Part shown: piece after piece, positions 60,126-64,000 of the stretch
Numbering within the stretch: position 1 is the stretch's first letter
Layout of the letters: every line of letters starts with the position of its first letter
Assembly: GCA_021734945.1 (NCBI GenBank)
Contig: JAIPIA010000002.1
Span: 45,594-109,593 of the forward strand
Source: Minisyncoccota bacterium
GTDB lineage: Bacteria; Patescibacteriota; Minisyncoccia; Phycocordibacterales; CAIZLB01
Reading direction: 5' to 3'
Length of the DNA: 64,000 bases
Program-made: the position numbers and the translations under genes
Notes under the pieces: generated by a model
What the model was told of the DNA's origin: nothing
Seen by the model: the letters and a program-made list of their open reading frames with translations, nothing else
Databases searched by the model: none

Positions 60126-61825
60126 ACTATTTTACGTATAGTTATTTGTTTTTCTGAATTATGGAAAGGTATACATTCATATACATAGTCAAGGCACGGT
60201 ATGAGTCTTTTATCATGAGTAACCACAACAATTGTTAAACCTCGTACATGAACATTTTTGAGTATCCTCTCAGTTGTCTCCAAACTTAAGTGATTATTTG
60301 GTTCGTCAAGCACCACTATCTTTGGTCGACAAAGTAGTGTGCGCGCCAGTGCAATACGCTGTCTTTGTCCTCCAGACAATTTTACACCTCTCTCTCCAAT
60401 CTGTGTATCATATCCATGGCTCAAACTGGTAATAAATGTATGCGCTTCACACAGTATACACGCATCTACAATATCCTCTTCAGATATGTTATCAAGACCA
60501 TAGAGTAAATTTTCCCGAATAGTACCATGGAACATAGTCGGATCTTGAAGTAGTACACCAATATGTTTCCTGTATGTATGCATATCGATCTCTCGAAGAT
60601 CTATACCATCGGCTTGTATTTCTCCTTGCATTGGTTCATAGAGACCCATCATCAAATGTATCAGCGTAGATTTGCCGGAACCTGACCCACCGTAGATTCC
60701 TATTGATTTCCCTCGCTGTATCTCTAGATTGATATCTTTGAGCATAAAAGTATCACCGTACCCAAAACATACCTGTTTAAATATGATAGATGTTGAAATA
60801 TCGACTATCTTATTTCCCTTCTTATCAAATTCAACGGATTTCATAAGTGGATACAATGTGTACAAAGATTCGTACCCCTCTATGAGTACAGGTAGTGATC
60901 CAAGTGCATTTCTCGCATTATTACTAAGCAGCATCAACGCTGCATAGAATGCTAATAACTCTCCAAGCGTTCCAGAGCCATGTATAACTTGAATACCTCC
61001 CACAAGTAAACTAACAATACCAGTCAACATAAGAAGGTTTTGGTTCAATAGATTTTGAACTGTATTAATCCATGACATTGCATGACTCGAGTGACGGAGT
61101 TGTTCTATGAGTTGTTCTTGTTTTGTTAATTCATAAGTTGTTGCACCTGAGACGTGTATATGATCATTTAATTTTAGAAATTTTGATATGCCTCTACTGA
61201 ACGCTACAAAATCATCGTGAAATATTCTTGTACGTTTCTGTGAAATAGCACCGATATAGTGCCCAATCGGAAACATAAGCGGAAGGAATACCATGGCGAC
61301 TAAAAATAAAAGTGGATTCAAAAATATGAGAAAACAAAACATACCAAATACAATCAAGCTACCTGGAATAAACTGCGTGAGTAATGAATTGGTCATAAAA
61401 TCAATCCTCTCTGAATCCTGTACTAGACGTGAGTGTAATTCGTCAATATCTGCTTCAGTATAAAAACTACGATGTTGATGTATCACTTTGGTAATGAGTG
61501 TTAATCGAATCTTTTTGGTTGTTGTCTTAACAATACTGAGCACGAGATATCGATTCCACGCGAGAGCTATAGCATTCAGAGTAAATAAAACCAAAATCCC
61601 CCCAAGTGATGTAATGAGTCCACGCACGTCTTTACTAGGCAAGATAACATCAAAAACATATTTAAATATTGCCGCGATAGGAATAAGTGAAAATGTCTGC
61701 AATAAAATCAGACCAATACTCAAAGACAATTTACCCAGCATGTCTTTAAAATACTTCATATACCACGCCCACCGAAGACGAACATCTGTTTTTTTGAAAA
61801 ATAATTTTGATAGTAAGAAGTTCAT
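60122..61825 (-). CDS. ABC exporter, fused permease/ATP-binding protein (no peptidase domain)
   Basis: 6-TM N-terminal domain. Walker A GGSGSGKST, signature LSGGQRQRIALAR, Walker B VVLDEPNN. 567 aa. Confidence 0.9.
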   Translation of the reverse strand: MNFLLSKLFFKKTDVRLRWAWYMKYFKDMLGKLSLSIGLILLQTFSLIPIAAIFKYVFDVILPSKDVRGLITSLGGILVLFTLNAIALAWNRYLVLSIVKTTTKKIRLTLITKVIHQHRSFYTEADIDELHSRLVQDSERIDFMTNSLLTQFIPGSLIVFGMFCFLIFLNPLLFLVAMVFLPLMFPIGHYIGAISQKRTRIFHDDFVAFSRGISKFLKLNDHIHVSGATTYELTKQEQLIEQLRHSSHAMSWINTVQNLLNQNLLMLTGIVSLLVGGIQVIHGSGTLGELLAFYAALMLLSNNARNALGSLPVLIEGYESLYTLYPLMKSVEFDKKGNKIVDISTSIIFKQVCFGYGDTFMLKDINLEIQRGKSIGIYGGSGSGKSTLIHLMMGLYEPMQGEIQADGIDLREIDMHTYRKHIGVLLQDPTMFHGTIRENLLYGLDNISEEDIVDACILCEAHTFITSLSHGYDTQIGERGVKLSGGQRQRIALARTLLCRPKIVVLDEPNNHLSLETTERILKNVHVRGLTIVVVTHDKRLIPCLDYVYECIPFHNSEKQITIRKIV

Positions 61826-61843
61826 ATATGTACGTGCTTGTAA

Positions 61844-63010
61844 TTATATAGAGGAAAAGACACTGCTTCGAATAACTTCCGGCACTCTCGAAACGGAACT
61901 CCCTAGCACCAACCGCTTCATCGGTAGACGTTCAATCAGTAATCGAAAGGTACGCAATGTTGCACTCGATGCTAATGGTAACTGAAACAGTGTTGTTGGA
62001 GCAAGCGCAAGAAATGCTTGGACTTTGTGTATTGGTTCAACGTGTGTCATTTCACCAGTCCCAAAAGTGGGCACAAGCACAGCTACCAATTCGGCTGAGA
62101 GCTGTATTTGTTGAGGAAAGAGCGTATTTAGATTCAGGACCATTTTTTGTTCAACACCATCAATCTTAGTTAATAGGCCATTGGAACCATCCTGCACTTC
62201 TAATTCTGGAAAATATTTTAATGCATTAAGTTTTAATTTTGCAGAAGAATATAAACTATACGCACGCGCACCCGTATCATGTACTTCAATGGCAACATAG
62301 TCATCACCAAGATACGTCATTCCCTGCCGAATGCATTCCATGGATGTAGTTGATTTTCCAGAACCTCCTCTCGCAGTTAATAACGCTGCTTTTTCTCCTA
62401 TGCCGACAACCGCTCCGTGTAGTAGATATATATTATTCTCAGCCAAAAACCAATGGAATATAGTTCGAAGCGGTGCAGCGTCGACCCATGTTGGTAACAC
62501 TTGTACATCTTGGATAAAAAAGTATGCAGTCTTAGTTGAAATATCATAGAGAGAAATACTTTCCTCACCATTTAGATAGACACCGAGAAAATCGTTTCCT
62601 CTGTTCCTCTCAGTATCAACTTCTTGCTGATTGACGTATTCTTCTGAAGACCATGGTGGAGCAACTACCACTCCAGTTCCGGACATGTCCCACACATGAA
62701 CCGTTAGGTCGCAGGCTTGACTACAGACCTGTGTCGCATCCTTGCTATTCGGTATATTCATATGAGAAATATCCAAGTGAGAAATTGCTGGGTGAAGACG
62801 TTCATATAATACCTGTGAATAAAAAAATAATTCGACATTCTTTCCAGCAATACAATACTGTTTTCTTATTTGCTCAGTCTTTTTTTGTAATACAGTTACC
62901 ACCGGCAAAACCACATCTGTTAGATATGTTTTTTTTAGACTGAGAATATTACGCGTCAGTATGTGGTTATGTGGTATAGACATGTTTGTCAGTATCCGAA
63001 CTAGATACAC
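61844..63010 (-). CDS. HPr kinase/phosphorylase C-terminal-domain-like kinase (HprK-like)
   Basis: LHGAVVGIGEKAALLTARGGSGKSTTSMECIRQGMTYLGDD closely parallels the HprK P-loop region. No HprK N-terminal domain. Confidence 0.6.
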   Translation of the reverse strand: MYLVRILTNMSIPHNHILTRNILSLKKTYLTDVVLPVVTVLQKKTEQIRKQYCIAGKNVELFFYSQVLYERLHPAISHLDISHMNIPNSKDATQVCSQACDLTVHVWDMSGTGVVVAPPWSSEEYVNQQEVDTERNRGNDFLGVYLNGEESISLYDISTKTAYFFIQDVQVLPTWVDAAPLRTIFHWFLAENNIYLLHGAVVGIGEKAALLTARGGSGKSTTSMECIRQGMTYLGDDYVAIEVHDTGARAYSLYSSAKLKLNALKYFPELEVQDGSNGLLTKIDGVEQKMVLNLNTLFPQQIQLSAELVAVLVPTFGTGEMTHVEPIHKVQAFLALAPTTLFQLPLASSATLRTFRLLIERLPMKRLVLGSSVSRVPEVIRSSVFSSI

Positions 63011-63719
63011 TAGATACTCGAGACCGTGCGCGCTCTAGTTTTCGACGAAAGGCTCCAAATTGCCCTCCCGCCATACATTCTTTCGAATTTGTCATATTAT
63101 TCTCATGACGACGATATGACAACACTATATCTTTGATAATAGTCTGAGGTAATCCACTTTCTGAAAATCTAATATTCCAATCAAAATCTTCTCCCGATCG
63201 CATAGTCTCATCAAAAAGTCCCACTACTTTGAACGTATCTGCCCGATACAAGCACGCTCCGACTAATGCCTCCATAAACAAACCTTCCGTTCGTTCTACA
63301 ATTTCCTTACTCTGATTATCTCGGAAACGTACGAACTCAACATACCCTCGGGCAAGCATACACGCAGGATCGTTTTGTAAAAGCGGCAGTAATACCTCAA
63401 GATGATTGGATGTCCACATATCATCTGAATCAACAAAACCAATAATTTCACCTTTAGCTCTTTTAATACCAGCATTACGTGCTGATGATGGGCCCTTATT
63501 TTCCTGCTCTATAATTACTATTTGATCTCCATATTCTTTCAAGACTTTCAAGGTACCGTCAGTCGATCCATCATCCACTACAAGTATCTCAAGTTGCGAA
63601 TACTGTTGCCTCAACACTGAATCTATTGCTTCTTTTATATATGATGCACAATTGTATACAGGGATGATTACTGAGATATATGGAATTGAGTCATTATCAC
63701 ATGGAGTTGTATCATTCAT
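62967..63719 (-). CDS. Family 2 glycosyltransferase
   Basis: ISVIIPVYNCASYI ... DDGSTDGT ... FVDSDD. Overlaps the kinase gene start by 44 bp. Confidence 0.8.
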   Translation of the reverse strand: MNDTTPCDNDSIPYISVIIPVYNCASYIKEAIDSVLRQQYSQLEILVVDDGSTDGTLKVLKEYGDQIVIIEQENKGPSSARNAGIKRAKGEIIGFVDSDDMWTSNHLEVLLPLLQNDPACMLARGYVEFVRFRDNQSKEIVERTEGLFMEALVGACLYRADTFKVVGLFDETMRSGEDFDWNIRFSESGLPQTIIKDIVLSYRRHENNMTNSKECMAGGQFGAFRRKLERARSRVSSVSSSDTDKHVYTT

Positions 63720-63737
63720 AACCTTTCGTGTATAGCT

Positions 63738-64000
63738 TTATTTTAATTTTGGCCAGCCAGTTTCATCCACATCATGAATAGGGTCTGCTAATAACATTTC
63801 TTGCATATCTCTGTATATTTCTATCGTAGGTGGAGTAAATATTGGATGATTCTGTGATACCTGTGTGACCTCAACATCTTGAGTACTAGGTTTTGTATCC
63901 AACGGTGCGACTATTTCTGCATCTACTGGCACAATCAATTTTTCAGCGAGGAGGTTATCTATAAATGACCGTACGGCCATCTCTATCTCTTTTTCAGAAA
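63738..64000 (-). CDS. Hypothetical protein. Reading frame stays open to the window edge, so the 5' end may lie outside.
   Basis: No in-frame stop between 63980 and 64000 on the minus strand. Met at 63980 is a possible start. Confidence 0.3.
   Translation of the reverse strand, partial: SEKEIEMAVRSFIDNLLAEKLIVPVDAEIVAPLDTKPSTQDVEVTQVSQNHPIFTPPTIEIYRDMQEMLLADPIHDVDETGWPKLK

Noticed and set aside
1-64000. CRISPR arrays, rRNA and tRNA genes, IS elements/transposases
   Set aside because: No regularly spaced direct repeats, no rRNA-like conserved stretches, no cloverleaf candidates and no transposase/integrase-like ORFs were found on reading both strands.

Overview
Low-GC (about 35% by eye) bacterial chromosomal segment, densely coded and mostly on the minus strand. 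The gene content suggests a small-genome, Gram-positive-type organism (possibly Patescibacteria/CPR-like), but this is inference. It includes many secreted proteins with C-terminal PG_binding_1 domains, Fn3-, LamG-, CBM- and C-type-lectin-like modules, and P-type ATPases.

The window contains housekeeping and transport genes: two P-type ATPases, an OmpR/HisKA two-component pair, folE-folP, an aminotransferase and inositol monophosphatase, and SDRs. It also contains a complete type I restriction-modification locus (hsdM / hsdS / hsdR, about 21.3-32.4 kb). That locus carries an embedded AbiL-like (AAA ATPase plus RloB) module, a zinc-ribbon plus membrane-protein pair, and a downstream membrane protein / NUDIX / DUF2726 operon. 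Together these look like a defence island.

The 3' end (56.9-64 kb) is a tightly overlapping minus-strand operon: ATP-grasp, NTP_transf_5 nucleotidyltransferase, GT2, ABC exporter, HprK-like kinase, GT2. It resembles kinase-associated RiPP/lasso-peptide tailoring clusters, but no core genes or precursor are visible in the window.

Other notable points:
- Tandem paralogous 2OG-Fe(II)-oxygenase-like genes upstream of folE-folP.
- A GC-elevated, ORF-poor approximately 0.8 kb island with G9/G7/C7 homopolymer tracts.
- A G7/C7-tract frameshifted gene.
- A P-loop kinase gene inactivated by a 13-bp tandem duplication.
- A GC-rich (about 50%) first 560 bp bounded by two copies of a CCAGAAA(A)TCTGGGC hairpin motif.

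No rRNA, tRNA or CRISPR array was recognised. All family assignments are from motif recognition by eye, not from searches.
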